From contig CAILMU010000061.1 in assembly GCA_903835325.1 (NCBI GenBank), forward strand, positions 1 through 54,742: DNA of 54,742 bases, written 5' to 3'. Positions 28,231 to 38,290 of the stretch are shown here, piece after piece (position 1 is the first letter of the stretch; every line of letters starts with the position of its first letter). The position numbers and the translations under genes are program-made. This DNA comes from an uncultured Candidatus Micrarchaeota archaeon (GTDB lineage: Archaea; Micrarchaeota; Micrarchaeia; Anstonellales; Bilamarchaeaceae). The notes under the pieces are model-generated. The model was not told the origin of the DNA. It did no database searches and worked only from the letters and a program-made list of their open reading frames with translations.

Positions 28231-31200
28231 TCATTCCTTCTCGCTCTCAGGCGGGCGTATAGGGGACGGAGGCCTAAGCTCCTGGGAAGGGAGGGAAGGA
28301 GCCTTGTATGTCTCGAATCCAGGCATCTCCAGCCGGAGATTGGTGCCCGGCGCATGCGAAGGCGCATCCGGGGTCCGGATGTATTCCTGCTTCATGCTCT
28401 CGAAACCGGCCATCTCGGCCTCTGGACGCTTCCTCATCTCCATGAAATGCTTCTCCCACTCAGGAGGTTCGCCCGGGGCGCCCCCCGCCGGCGCGCCTGC
28501 CGGGGCATGGATCTCCGGCTCCAGGGGCTTGCCGGTGGTCATGACGAAATTCGTGAATCCTATCGCGAGATCGAATGAATTTATCCTGCGGTACATCCCT
28601 TCCTCCTCGGCCTGGCGCTGGTCGGAGGCTCTCAGCTCTGCGGTCGCGTGGGCGAGCTCTGCGTTCGCTGATTCGTGCATGTCGAGCAGGCCTATATTGG
28701 CCGGTTCATGGTGGTTCACATAACCGAGGACAGCGACCGCGTCGTTGGCCGCTCCGCTCACTATCTTCCCCACATCCAGGTCAGGCGGAGCCGAATAAAG
28801 GGTGGGGGTTTCCAGCGCGCGCTCGGTCGCACCATGGTGGTCCCCTGCGGCAATGAACAGGTCGCCCAGATTGGTCACGAAAGAGCCCCCGGCGACACCC
28901 GGGCCCATCTCGGGTTCTCCCCTGATGAAATGCTCGCCGACCCAGTTCTTTGAATCTGTATCGGTCCGCTGGGCGAGCTCATAGCCCGAGGACATGCCCC
29001 GCGCTGGATCGCCGGGATCGGCCAGCAATCTCCTTGCGCTCTGCTCGAGCACGGCCTGGTTTATCTCCGGATCCTTGGCGCCGGCCTTCTCGACCGCCTC
29101 GTGTATCTTGCGCTCCTCCTCTGCCCTGCCGCTTGTGCCCCTGTCTTCGGCGATCCCCGCCAGATCCTTCTGGAAATTGGCCAGGGCCGGGTGCGCCTTG
29201 TAATAATCGTCCATCACATTCTCCATGAACATGCCCCTGAACTCCGCGTTCGCATAGTTCGCGTTCTGATGCGCCTCGATGACCTGGTCGCGTTGCTTGT
29301 TCGCGCTTTCGAAGAATCCGCCCTGCCCGAGCCAGCAATCCTTGGGCAGGATTTCGCGGGCGAACGCCATCGCCTCGTTCTCCTTGGCTCCTGTGAGCTC
29401 CTTCCCGGTCCTGCCGTCGCGGACTATCGGCCCGCCCTCGGACTGCTCGAACCTCAGCTGATCTGTGCCCAAGCGCTTGATTCTATCCGGGTCCTTCGCG
29501 ATATCGATCCCGATATCATTGACGCCCTGGTTCGGAACGTTCGCCAGAAGTATAGCTGCCTGCGCATCGCTCAACCTCTCGCCGGTGTGCGCATTCGATA
29601 TCGATCCATCCGCCTCGCGCCTGAATGTGTTGGCCAGAATCTTCTCTTCGGCAGTGCCGGGGGTCTCCATCCGTGCGATCAGGCGGTCGTCGCTTATGAC
29701 CAGCAGCCCGGTTTTATCGAATGGATCGGTCCTGCCGAGTGAGACTTCGATGCCCTGCGCGGTCAAGGCATCGCTGCGCACGCCCAGGCGGCCGTCACGC
29801 GTGAATGCGACTCCGAGCCCGAGGTGCTCCTTATCGGCCAAGTCCATCGATATCCCGGTGTGGGCTGCGTATGCGCCGACCAGGTCTCCGACGGTTATCT
29901 CCTTGCGCGCAACCCCCGCCGGGCCTGCGGCCTCGGCATGGAGCGCGGCCGAGAGGGTGAGCGGATTGGATTCTGTGCCGACGATATCGCGCTTCACGTC
30001 TATCTGCAGCGAGTTCAGGGCAGTGACCCTTCCGGCGGAATCCCGCTCGACGCTGTATGACATGCCTCCGCTGGTGGTCACCCGGTTCATATTCGGATCC
30101 GAGACCATGTCCACTTTCTGGTGCGGATCGATCACGCCCATTATCTGCGCGAATTCCTTGCTTCCTACAGCAGACCGCTGCTGCTCGGTCACCAGGACTT
30201 TCGAGATATTGCCGGATTCATCGCGCCCGAGCGTCATGAGCTTTCCGTCCGGCATGCCGACCATCACGGCATTGCCCGATGAATCGCGTATGACGCCGTA
30301 TGTCTTGCCGTCCGATGAGGTATATGTCGATGGGAACGGCCCGCCCTGGGGCGGTTGCGATTCCATGGCTTCGCGGACTCCGGCCGGGAGCCTGCCGTAC
30401 TGCGGGCTGCCGCCTTCGATGAGTTTGGCATTGGTTTCGACATATCCGTGTACCATCATGTTGCCCTTGTCATCGAACTTGACCTTCCCATTTTCTACCA
30501 ATGGGATGGCTTCCACGGTCCTGCCATCCAATGTCGGCATGAGTATCTGCTTCCCTTCTCTCAGCGCCGGCCCCACAGCATCGGCGCTCAGCGCGCTTTC
30601 GGGTATCTGGTTCCCGAGCTTCTTGAACTCGTCCGTCCCGGCCATTATCGGCCTGGGGACGAGACGCTGGTTGCCGAAAGGGTCGGTTATCACGTCCTTC
30701 ATCTGGCCGTTCACTTCCATGGCGACGATTTTGTTGTCCTTAAGTTCGGCCCTGGCACCGCTCGAGCTCATGGCTATCCCGGTGATGGAGATAGGCGCTC
30801 CATCCTTCGGCAGGGAGCGCGAATCAAGGTATACGATCGTCCCGCCGACATTGAGCTGTACATAATTGGGGACATTCCCTTTCGCGCCTGGCGGGCCTGG
30901 TTCGGTCACGATGGCGCCGTTTTTCACCTGCACTATCTGGCCGTTGATGAACGCGAATCCGGTCTTGGCCTTGGCATCGCCGCCTTCGAGGAAAAGGCCC
31001 TGCACCTGCTTGCCCTCCATATTCAGGCTCATCTTCTGCGCATTGGACAGGTCGACATTCGTCTTGGGAGAGAGGGCGCGGACATTGAGCGCCGAATCGA
31101 GCGCCGCAGCTTTCCTCTCCTCGGCTTTGCGCATCTCATTGGCGTTAGCGACCGAGCCCTTGAACATGTTATCGAAAAGGAGGCCCAGGATCGGAACATA

Positions 31201-32568
31201 ATGCAGGAATTTCTTTATCGCTTCGTGGTCAGACCTGTCTCCGGTGGAGACAACACCTCCCTTGGCGTCGCGCGTCTCCTTCCCGCTCCCAGCGCCGAAC
31301 GGAACGAAAGCCGGGAGGAGGAACTGGTAGAGGTTCGATGTCCGAAGCGCCAGGACGAGCATGTTGCCAAGAGCGCTCCATGCATCCGCGCCTGGCTGGG
31401 CTTTCTGGGGCGGCGCGCTCGCAGTAAGGACCATGTTCCTGCCCAAGCCAACGAAAGGCACGACCCCTCCGACGATCCCGCTCACGCTCCATTGGGAAAG
31501 CCCTTTCGGGCCCCCTTCACCCGCGAACGGTTTATCATACCATGCCACTTTCGATTTGGCTGCCGGCGTAACTCCAGTCGTTGACCTCTGGACCTGGCCT
31601 ATCTTGCCTCCTTTGGCGCCGGCTGGGGGCGCTCCGCCTTTGGCAGGACCTGCCGGCGCCCCGCCGCCTTCGGCTTTTGCTTCGCCCTCCTTCGCCTCGC
31701 CTTCGCCTCCGCCCGCGAACTCCAACGAAGTGCGGGCGTATGCCATGATGATAGAGCCCCAGTTGATTGACTTGCCGCGCATGCGCGCCTCATAGCGGAC
31801 GTGCTGGCCAATACGCGGGGTCGAAAGGTCGAAGGCGCCGAACGGGTTCCGCCCGGAGACCTGCAACGCACCGACGAGCAGGGCGAGGATTATCAGGAAC
31901 GGAAGGCAGAATTCCACAGAGCCCTTGTCCTTCGCCTGCGGGGGCTGGGGGCAGTAAGGCACGGTGGCGACTGCCGGCAGGAGCGAATACGTCTCCGGCA
32001 TGAGTATCTGCCCCGGGACGAAATTCCCCGGAGGCTGCGGGGCGGCGCTCAGGCTGGTCGGGATGGCGGCGTTCTTGGATGTGATATTCAGCATGTCAAG
32101 GCACTCCTGGAACCCGCATCCGTTGCTGAAAGGGCAGTAGAAGAAGATGAATCTCTGGCATATGGCGTTCTGGGCGTTGTCATATGGCGAAAGGTTGAAG
32201 GTCGCGATGCCGTTTTCGTCGGTGTAAAGGAGCCAGAGCTCTTTGTTATACGGGACATAAGCCAGTATTGTCGTGTTCTCCACCATCTGCCGGGTTGGAT
32301 TCGCGCTCGAGTTGGTATAATATAGCGCGACCTGCACGACATGATGCTGGCTGTCCACGAAAGCGGTCATGCCCGTATCCTGGTAGCTGGCGATGGAGAG
32401 GCAGCTCGGGCATTCGCCGGAATTGAAAATCTGCGCATAGTTGCCGGCGCCGGATTGGAAGACGAGCCCCTGGGGGACGAGCGGGTATGCGGATGCTGCC
32501 TGGACCATGAGGAGGATGAAAAGAAAGGGCGCTTTCGATGCCGAGCTCAGCTCCATAAGGATAAACAT
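28231..32568 (-). CDS. Gene A2: large membrane-anchored protein, paralog of A1
   Basis: Shared ECPSC, FYCPFSNGCG, CLPFL..GRNPF..FD..TPRI and GLFLEGGD blocks; 189 aa longer than A1. Confidence 0.85.
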   Translation of the reverse strand: MFILMELSSASKAPFLFILLMVQAASAYPLVPQGLVFQSGAGNYAQIFNSGECPSCLSIASYQDTGMTAFVDSQHHVVQVALYYTNSSANPTRQMVENTTILAYVPYNKELWLLYTDENGIATFNLSPYDNAQNAICQRFIFFYCPFSNGCGFQECLDMLNITSKNAAIPTSLSAAPQPPGNFVPGQILMPETYSLLPAVATVPYCPQPPQAKDKGSVEFCLPFLIILALLVGALQVSGRNPFGAFDLSTPRIGQHVRYEARMRGKSINWGSIIMAYARTSLEFAGGGEGEAKEGEAKAEGGGAPAGPAKGGAPPAGAKGGKIGQVQRSTTGVTPAAKSKVAWYDKPFAGEGGPKGLSQWSVSGIVGGVVPFVGLGRNMVLTASAPPQKAQPGADAWSALGNMLVLALRTSNLYQFLLPAFVPFGAGSGKETRDAKGGVVSTGDRSDHEAIKKFLHYVPILGLLFDNMFKGSVANANEMRKAEERKAAALDSALNVRALSPKTNVDLSNAQKMSLNMEGKQVQGLFLEGGDAKAKTGFAFINGQIVQVKNGAIVTEPGPPGAKGNVPNYVQLNVGGTIVYLDSRSLPKDGAPISITGIAMSSSGARAELKDNKIVAMEVNGQMKDVITDPFGNQRLVPRPIMAGTDEFKKLGNQIPESALSADAVGPALREGKQILMPTLDGRTVEAIPLVENGKVKFDDKGNMMVHGYVETNAKLIEGGSPQYGRLPAGVREAMESQPPQGGPFPSTYTSSDGKTYGVIRDSSGNAVMVGMPDGKLMTLGRDESGNISKVLVTEQQRSAVGSKEFAQIMGVIDPHQKVDMVSDPNMNRVTTSGGMSYSVERDSAGRVTALNSLQIDVKRDIVGTESNPLTLSAALHAEAAGPAGVARKEITVGDLVGAYAAHTGISMDLADKEHLGLGVAFTRDGRLGVRSDALTAQGIEVSLGRTDPFDKTGLLVISDDRLIARMETPGTAEEKILANTFRREADGSISNAHTGERLSDAQAAILLANVPNQGVNDIGIDIAKDPDRIKRLGTDQLRFEQSEGGPIVRDGRTGKELTGAKENEAMAFAREILPKDCWLGQGGFFESANKQRDQVIEAHQNANYANAEFRGMFMENVMDDYYKAHPALANFQKDLAGIAEDRGTSGRAEEERKIHEAVEKAGAKDPEINQAVLEQSARRLLADPGDPARGMSSGYELAQRTDTDSKNWVGEHFIRGEPEMGPGVAGGSFVTNLGDLFIAAGDHHGATERALETPTLYSAPPDLDVGKIVSGAANDAVAVLGYVNHHEPANIGLLDMHESANAELAHATAELRASDQRQAEEEGMYRRINSFDLAIGFTNFVMTTGKPLEPEIHAPAGAPAGGAPGEPPEWEKHFMEMRKRPEAEMAGFESMKQEYIRTPDAPSHAPGTNLRLEMPGFETYKAPSLPSQELRPPSPIRPPESEKE

Positions 32569-32606
32569 CAGTTAAGCCTTTAAAAATGGCAATGATAAAT
32601 ACCAAT
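32569..32606. promoter_or_regulatory. 38-bp divergent promoter region between A2 and B2
   Basis: TTTAAAAA (+) and TTTATCAT (-) TATA-like elements; CAGnTAAGCCTT shared with copy 1. Confidence 0.55.
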
Positions 32607-33854
32607 ATGCGCTGGGCCATCATCCTGCTGCTCTTATTCGGAGCTTCATTCGCAGCCGGCACTGACGTCTTTCTCCTCATCTTCCCTTTTGCTGTCATCA
32701 TAGTCGCGATAATCCTCGCCCTTCTGCGCATGGCGGCGGACACATTCTCCCTGCCAGGGCTATCGGCGTATGTCAAGACAGAGCTGGGCGAGCTTTTCGC
32801 AGGCGTGATACTCGCCCTCATAGTATATGCGTTCATCATCAGCTCGGACCAGCTCTCGACACTGCTAACCGGGCAGAGCGCGACCATGCTCGCCGAGAGC
32901 CATTTCGAGAGCCTCGTCACGCAGTATTATATCCCCACATTCCTGGGGATAATCCGGATAGGCACCCAGCTCAAGGCGATGATATCGTTCAGCACCAACC
33001 AGGCCATCCCGGCGCTATGGATGTCGTGGGGCTGGACGATAAGCAGCTATGGTGGCCTTTCTCCGCTCCTCTCGAGCCTGACCATGGCCGTCCAAGGGCT
33101 CTCTAATAGTATACTATTGTATGAATCGGTGCTTCTTCTCCTGCGGTTCTCCAGCGCGATCATTCCGACGATAGTCCTGCCTTTGGCCCTTTCCCTGAGG
33201 CTGATACCCTTCACGCGCCAGGCAGGAACAGCCCTGACTGCGATCTGCATATCGGTCCTTGTCATCTTCCCATGGTCGGTGGTGTTCGTGGACCAAATCC
33301 ACAGCCAGGACGTGGTCCCATACCCTAACCCGGTGGCGGGTGGCGCGGTCGGGAGGATAATCTCGAATCTCGGGATCAACTTCCCATCATCGGAAGTGCT
33401 CGAGTTCCTCTGCCAGAACCATGCGTTCCGCTTCTTCCTCCAGCTCAACGAGCTCGGGTGGGTGGGGGTCCTCTGCCCGCCGACTTGCCTAGCGATAGCC
33501 GCTAGCGTATGCGCCGGGACAGGCCCGGGTTATGCCGCCTGCTTCGGAGCGGCTTTCTGGGCATGCTTCGAGACCTGCTTCTGGCTGATAGTCCTGGTGG
33601 ACTATCCGGTGACCGTCCTTGGCGCCCAGCTGATTTACAACACGATAGGGACCTCTTTCATCAATGTCAGCTCTTCCCAGGCAGGGTCGATATTCGATGC
33701 CATGTATCCCTTCATGGCGGCGGTAAACAATCTCGTCATGATGGGCTACGTGGATGCGATCATAATAGGCGTGTTCACGATAGTCGGGGCAAGGGCAGTC
33801 TCGGCGGCGCTTGGCGGCGAGTGGTCCATGATACGTTTCCAGAGGCTGGTCTGA
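32607..33854 (+). CDS. Gene B2: membrane paralog, counterpart of B1
   Basis: MRWAII start matches MRWQML of B1 and preserves the 38-bp spacer; upstream ATG 32586 also possible. Confidence 0.8.
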   Translation: MRWAIILLLLFGASFAAGTDVFLLIFPFAVIIVAIILALLRMAADTFSLPGLSAYVKTELGELFAGVILALIVYAFIISSDQLSTLLTGQSATMLAESHFESLVTQYYIPTFLGIIRIGTQLKAMISFSTNQAIPALWMSWGWTISSYGGLSPLLSSLTMAVQGLSNSILLYESVLLLLRFSSAIIPTIVLPLALSLRLIPFTRQAGTALTAICISVLVIFPWSVVFVDQIHSQDVVPYPNPVAGGAVGRIISNLGINFPSSEVLEFLCQNHAFRFFLQLNELGWVGVLCPPTCLAIAASVCAGTGPGYAACFGAAFWACFETCFWLIVLVDYPVTVLGAQLIYNTIGTSFINVSSSQAGSIFDAMYPFMAAVNNLVMMGYVDAIIIGVFTIVGARAVSAALGGEWSMIRFQRLV

Positions 33855-34951
33855 TGGATGGAAAAACACGCGGTGCGCATTACCGGCCCTGGAAAAAAAA
33901 CAGTGAAACCATCGCACCCGAATCCGGAGCGCCGCTCTTTTCATTGAAGATCCTCGCATCGCTCATACTGCTCATCTCATGCTCCTTCGCCGTTTCATGC
34001 GTCCAAAATGCCGGGCAGAAGGTCATGGACGGCGCCGGCCCCATCATCATCGTCGCCGCTTTCCTGAGCGTCGCGGTCATCGCGATCGCCTACATGTACG
34101 GCTCTGCCATGGGGAACGCCCATTCAATCGTCTTCGCCAAAGACGAGCTATATCACCTAGGCTTCTCGCTCGTGCTGGTGCTGTCCATCAGCGGGATAAT
34201 CGCCTCGTCGTGCCTCGTCACCGGATATATATTCGACATCGCTTTCTCTCAGCTCGGGGGCGGGCTTTACAACAGCTGCGGCGGATCCGGCGCTGAGCTC
34301 GGGGACCTCCAGTCCTGCACCATATCCCAGGCGATAAGCGATGCCGAGATGATGACGACGCAGTTCACCGCCATGGACATAAACAGCATGATGAGCGCGA
34401 ACTGGGCCTACACATACGCAGTGCCTTTCAGCGATGTGGTCACCACGGTCGCATCGGGATACAAGAAAACGTACGCCATGCAGTACGAGACGCTGACGAA
34501 CACGTTCGTCCTGCCTGCCCTGGTGAGCCTCAAGATGCAGAAGGTGCTTGTCGGCCTGCTGAGCAGGTACTCCATCGAGATCATCCTTCCCCTCGGATTC
34601 ATATTCAGGATGGTGCCCCCTGTGCGCCGTTTCGGGAATTTCCTGCTCGCCCTATCGCTGGGTCTCTATATCGTGATACCTTTCTTCACGACCTTCAATT
34701 ATCTGATGTACGATGCGGTGAATTGCGCCTGCAACGACTATTCCTCCATCCTCCATGACACCGTGCTCGACAACAACGGCGCGCAGTACGGGTTCGGTAT
34801 TCACGAATGCGGGGTCGCATGCAGCAGCGCCAACGGATTCTGGACCGTTGCCCGGCTGATTCCGCAGGCTTTCTTCCTGCCGAACCTGACGCTCGCCCTT
34901 TTTGTCACCTTCCTTTCAGCTATCAATAAAGCCCTGAGCGTGATCGGATGA
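33854..34951 (+). CDS. Gene C2: membrane paralog, counterpart of C1
   Basis: TGATG overlap; MDG start; CVQNAG, FAKDEL, QAFFLPNLT. Confidence 0.8.
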   Translation: MDGKTRGAHYRPWKKNSETIAPESGAPLFSLKILASLILLISCSFAVSCVQNAGQKVMDGAGPIIIVAAFLSVAVIAIAYMYGSAMGNAHSIVFAKDELYHLGFSLVLVLSISGIIASSCLVTGYIFDIAFSQLGGGLYNSCGGSGAELGDLQSCTISQAISDAEMMTTQFTAMDINSMMSANWAYTYAVPFSDVVTTVASGYKKTYAMQYETLTNTFVLPALVSLKMQKVLVGLLSRYSIEIILPLGFIFRMVPPVRRFGNFLLALSLGLYIVIPFFTTFNYLMYDAVNCACNDYSSILHDTVLDNNGAQYGFGIHECGVACSSANGFWTVARLIPQAFFLPNLTLALFVTFLSAINKALSVIG

Positions 34952-37272
34952 AGAATACCGCGCTGTTCTGCCTGATAGTCCTCAGCGCCATCTCCAGCGC
35001 CCAGGTCTCGAGCGCGATGCTGAGCGAAGCAGGCCAGAGCAGTAGCGTGGTCCATGAGCTCTTCACGAACTGGCAGGCCCTCTCGGTCATGGCGATAATG
35101 CTCTCGGCCATGCTTGTCGCGATCGCTTATATGCTCGGCATAGGTTTCGAGATCCCGGGCCTAAGGGCATGGGCCGGGACCGAGCTCGGCCAGGTGATAG
35201 CGAGCGTCTTGATACTCGTAACGATGATGGCCGTGCTGGCTATGATAGATGCCGAGGTATCGCTCCTGGTCAACAGCCAGGTGGATGGGATGGTCAGCTG
35301 CAAGATAGCTGGTGAACCTTGCCTCAAGGACGCGGCGACATTCTACCTCAACGGGTATATCGATTCCGCCAAGGCATCCATCCGCAACCTCCTGATAGGC
35401 AACATGGATGTCTCCAACGCCGCCGCGCAGCGGAGTTTCTACAGCTGCTATTCCGCCATCCTGCCTCTCCCATGCCTGCAGTACTCTTCCGGGTGGTCGC
35501 ATGGGACAGTGGCCGTGCTCCAGCTGGACACGAACCAGGTGCTCTACGAATATTACAGCTCGATGCTGTCCTCGATGGAAGCGCAGAAGGCGTTCGTCGA
35601 GGACGTCTGCTTCAAGATCGCGCCTTTCATCCTGGCGACAGGCATCGTGGCAAGGACGTTCTTCGCCACCCGGAAGCTCGGCGGGCTGCTTATCGCCGGG
35701 GCGCTGGCCCTCATGTTCGTCCTTCCGATGATGTACATCTTCGATTGGATGACCCTGAATTCGCAGTTCACGAGCGACAAGACGTACGGGGACCAGGCGA
35801 GCCTCTGCCCCGACGAATGCCAGCTCACACCGCCCCTGGTGTACGATTCGAAACAGCCGGATGTCACTTATAGTCAGAAGGACCTCTACAACATGTTCTA
35901 CTATGCCTACAAGGACCCCCTGATAGCCAAGAACCTGACCACCGGCAAGCTCTTATCATACGACTGGACGACCAAGCCTGTTTCTATCGGACCGGCGCTT
36001 GTCCCGCCGGATCCCATCCTGGTGTCGTGCGAGGCCAGCTCTTATGTCGCCATCGACAGCCTCGGGAGCGATTACAAAGGCAAATGCGCAGCGATGATAA
36101 ACAACTCGCTCGTCGTGGACACATGCGGGAGCGTGAACCTTTATGCGGAAGTCGACAGCGTGAAGGCATCATTAAATCCAGGCCAGCCGGGAACCGTCGA
36201 GAAGACGAATGTATATGTAGGGAACACCTCGATAGCATGCCCGTATGTGTGCAGGGAGCTCCCGTACCCTTACACGAACCCGTTCTGCGAACCGCCGATC
36301 ATCCAGAGGGCGTGCGCGGCGATGCCGCCCGTATGCAAGATCAGCCGCAAGGCGAACGCGAAGACACTCGACCAGTTCATGGAAGAGAACCTCAGCTGCG
36401 TGCAGGAATGCAAGATAGTCCCTCCATTGAAAGACGACTGCAACAACGCCAGCTGCCTCGACTCGAGGTTCGACTGCAGGATATCCAAGAGGGATGACCT
36501 GGGTTTCAGAACGCCGCTGCTCGCCTCGTCAGCTGAAGGCGGGGCGATCGCGGACGAGGTGAAAAGGTGCGACTTGGCCAAGGACTGCCCGGCAGACCTC
36601 AACGCGAGCAAATCCTGCGTCTATGTCCTTCCTGCCGATACCAAGAGCTGCGCGGACTTGTGCCCGAAGTGCCCTGCAGAATGCAGGATAGCAGGGGACG
36701 ATCCGACAGACCCGAAGAAGACGCTGCCGAATGACTGCTACAGCGGAGGCCAGCTGATAACCGAGTGCAGCGAGGCGAACTGCCCTGAATCCTGCAAGAT
36801 CCCCATAGAAAGGATAATACGCCTCGATCCAGGATATAAGGCATGCAACAGCACCGCGGGGAACATCTGCCCCTGGTCATGCAGGGTCGGGGGCGTGGTC
36901 CCGGTCCCCGACGGATGCGACAAGACGGCCTGCGACCTGACGGTCTGCTCAGGGGCCTACAAGGAGACGGTCCCTTCGTCCTCATGCCAGAAATGCCTCG
37001 ATGTCGATGCCAACTTCCAGTTCGACCCGCCTGTGATGACCAACTGCGCTGATTTTTGCGCCGCCCCTAAGAATCCGGCGGAGCCGTCCACAGCTCCGCT
37101 CACCATGGAGGGTTTCGTGGGCGGGCCAGATTACCGCAACATAGCCCAGCTGCTGGTGCAGGCTTATCTGCTGCCATTGTTCAATTTCACGGTCGCGATA
37201 ATGTTCATCCAATCTTTCTCAGGCATGCTCGGAGGGGATATCGAGATCCCGGGGATAACCAAGGTGCTATGA
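34948..37272 (+). CDS. Gene D2: membrane paralog with Cys-rich insertion, counterpart of D1
   Basis: ATGA overlap; Cys pattern collinear with D1. Confidence 0.82.
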   Translation: MKNTALFCLIVLSAISSAQVSSAMLSEAGQSSSVVHELFTNWQALSVMAIMLSAMLVAIAYMLGIGFEIPGLRAWAGTELGQVIASVLILVTMMAVLAMIDAEVSLLVNSQVDGMVSCKIAGEPCLKDAATFYLNGYIDSAKASIRNLLIGNMDVSNAAAQRSFYSCYSAILPLPCLQYSSGWSHGTVAVLQLDTNQVLYEYYSSMLSSMEAQKAFVEDVCFKIAPFILATGIVARTFFATRKLGGLLIAGALALMFVLPMMYIFDWMTLNSQFTSDKTYGDQASLCPDECQLTPPLVYDSKQPDVTYSQKDLYNMFYYAYKDPLIAKNLTTGKLLSYDWTTKPVSIGPALVPPDPILVSCEASSYVAIDSLGSDYKGKCAAMINNSLVVDTCGSVNLYAEVDSVKASLNPGQPGTVEKTNVYVGNTSIACPYVCRELPYPYTNPFCEPPIIQRACAAMPPVCKISRKANAKTLDQFMEENLSCVQECKIVPPLKDDCNNASCLDSRFDCRISKRDDLGFRTPLLASSAEGGAIADEVKRCDLAKDCPADLNASKSCVYVLPADTKSCADLCPKCPAECRIAGDDPTDPKKTLPNDCYSGGQLITECSEANCPESCKIPIERIIRLDPGYKACNSTAGNICPWSCRVGGVVPVPDGCDKTACDLTVCSGAYKETVPSSSCQKCLDVDANFQFDPPVMTNCADFCAAPKNPAEPSTAPLTMEGFVGGPDYRNIAQLLVQAYLLPLFNFTVAIMFIQSFSGMLGGDIEIPGITKVL

Positions 37273-37273
37273 C

Positions 37274-38287
37274 ATGAACAGGACACTGATAGGTATTTTG
37301 GCCGTGCTCACCTTGACCACCATGTCGCATGCCGCTGGCTGGCAGGGGCTGGCCGGTATCGCGGTCATCACATCGGCATGCATGCTCGCCCTCATCTACA
37401 TGATAGGCTTCGGGTTCGGCATCAACGAGCTGATGATGACATCGAAGGAGGAGGCGTACCAGCTCGTGGTGGTCATGGCCCTGATCGGCGGATTCGTCCT
37501 GATCGAGACCGGGGGCGACGCGCTCTTCGGCGCGATAATCGGCCAGGGGACCGGCATGCAGATGATGGCGACTTCGATGACGGCCTCGAAGATCGCGGTC
37601 CTTGGCGGGATATTCGGCAATATCGCCGACGCGGAGAGCCGCATAGCCAAACAGGGGACGATGACGCTCAACTGCAACATCCTAGGCGTAGGCCAGGTGG
37701 TTAGCGGATGCGGGGGCTACAGCATGGTGAGCCCGGCCCTCTCAGGTGTCGAGGCCACGGTGGGCCTCGCTATAGCTGAGCTCAGCTCGCTGACACGGCT
37801 GATGGGGATAGGAATGGCGAACTCGTTTTCGCTGCTGCTGCCGATCGGCATAATATTCCGCACATTCAAGCTCACGCGGGGCGCTGGGGGGCTGATAATC
37901 GGGGTGGCGGTCGCGCTCTATTTCGTGCTTCCGCTGTCCATGATATCCATGTGGCAGATAGCGGACCAGTTCAAGGATACCCGTTATGTCGGAACAGCTC
38001 CTTACATAGAGGTGCCCGACTGCGAGCCTGCCCAGACGAGCGACGTCTCATCATCGGAAGAAGGCGGGGTCGCCCAGGGCATGGGCTTCCCATCCAGCAA
38101 CGCAGGCAAGGCAATGGGCATCTTCATGCGTGTCATCGACGCGGTGCCGTTCTATCTTTTCCCGGCGCTGATATATGGCATCATAACGCCTGCGATAGCG
38201 CTCCTGATAACCGTCGCGAGCATCAGGGTGCTGAGCGCCCTCGGAGGCGCAGAGGTGGACGTGAGCGTCCTTTCCAGGGTGATATGA
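37274..38287 (+). CDS. Gene E2: membrane paralog, counterpart of E1
   Basis: SGCGGYSMVSPA.SGVEATVGL block shared with E1. Confidence 0.8.
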   Translation: MNRTLIGILAVLTLTTMSHAAGWQGLAGIAVITSACMLALIYMIGFGFGINELMMTSKEEAYQLVVVMALIGGFVLIETGGDALFGAIIGQGTGMQMMATSMTASKIAVLGGIFGNIADAESRIAKQGTMTLNCNILGVGQVVSGCGGYSMVSPALSGVEATVGLAIAELSSLTRLMGIGMANSFSLLLPIGIIFRTFKLTRGAGGLIIGVAVALYFVLPLSMISMWQIADQFKDTRYVGTAPYIEVPDCEPAQTSDVSSSEEGGVAQGMGFPSSNAGKAMGIFMRVIDAVPFYLFPALIYGIITPAIALLITVASIRVLSALGGAEVDVSVLSRVI

Positions 38288-38290
38288 ATA

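Noticed and set aside
29465..31584. Long ORFs of 466 and 409 aa (also 25586-26674, 40469-41371, 53842-54684)
   Set aside because: Antisense shadows of GC-rich real genes; no motifs and no counterparts of matching length in the other copy.
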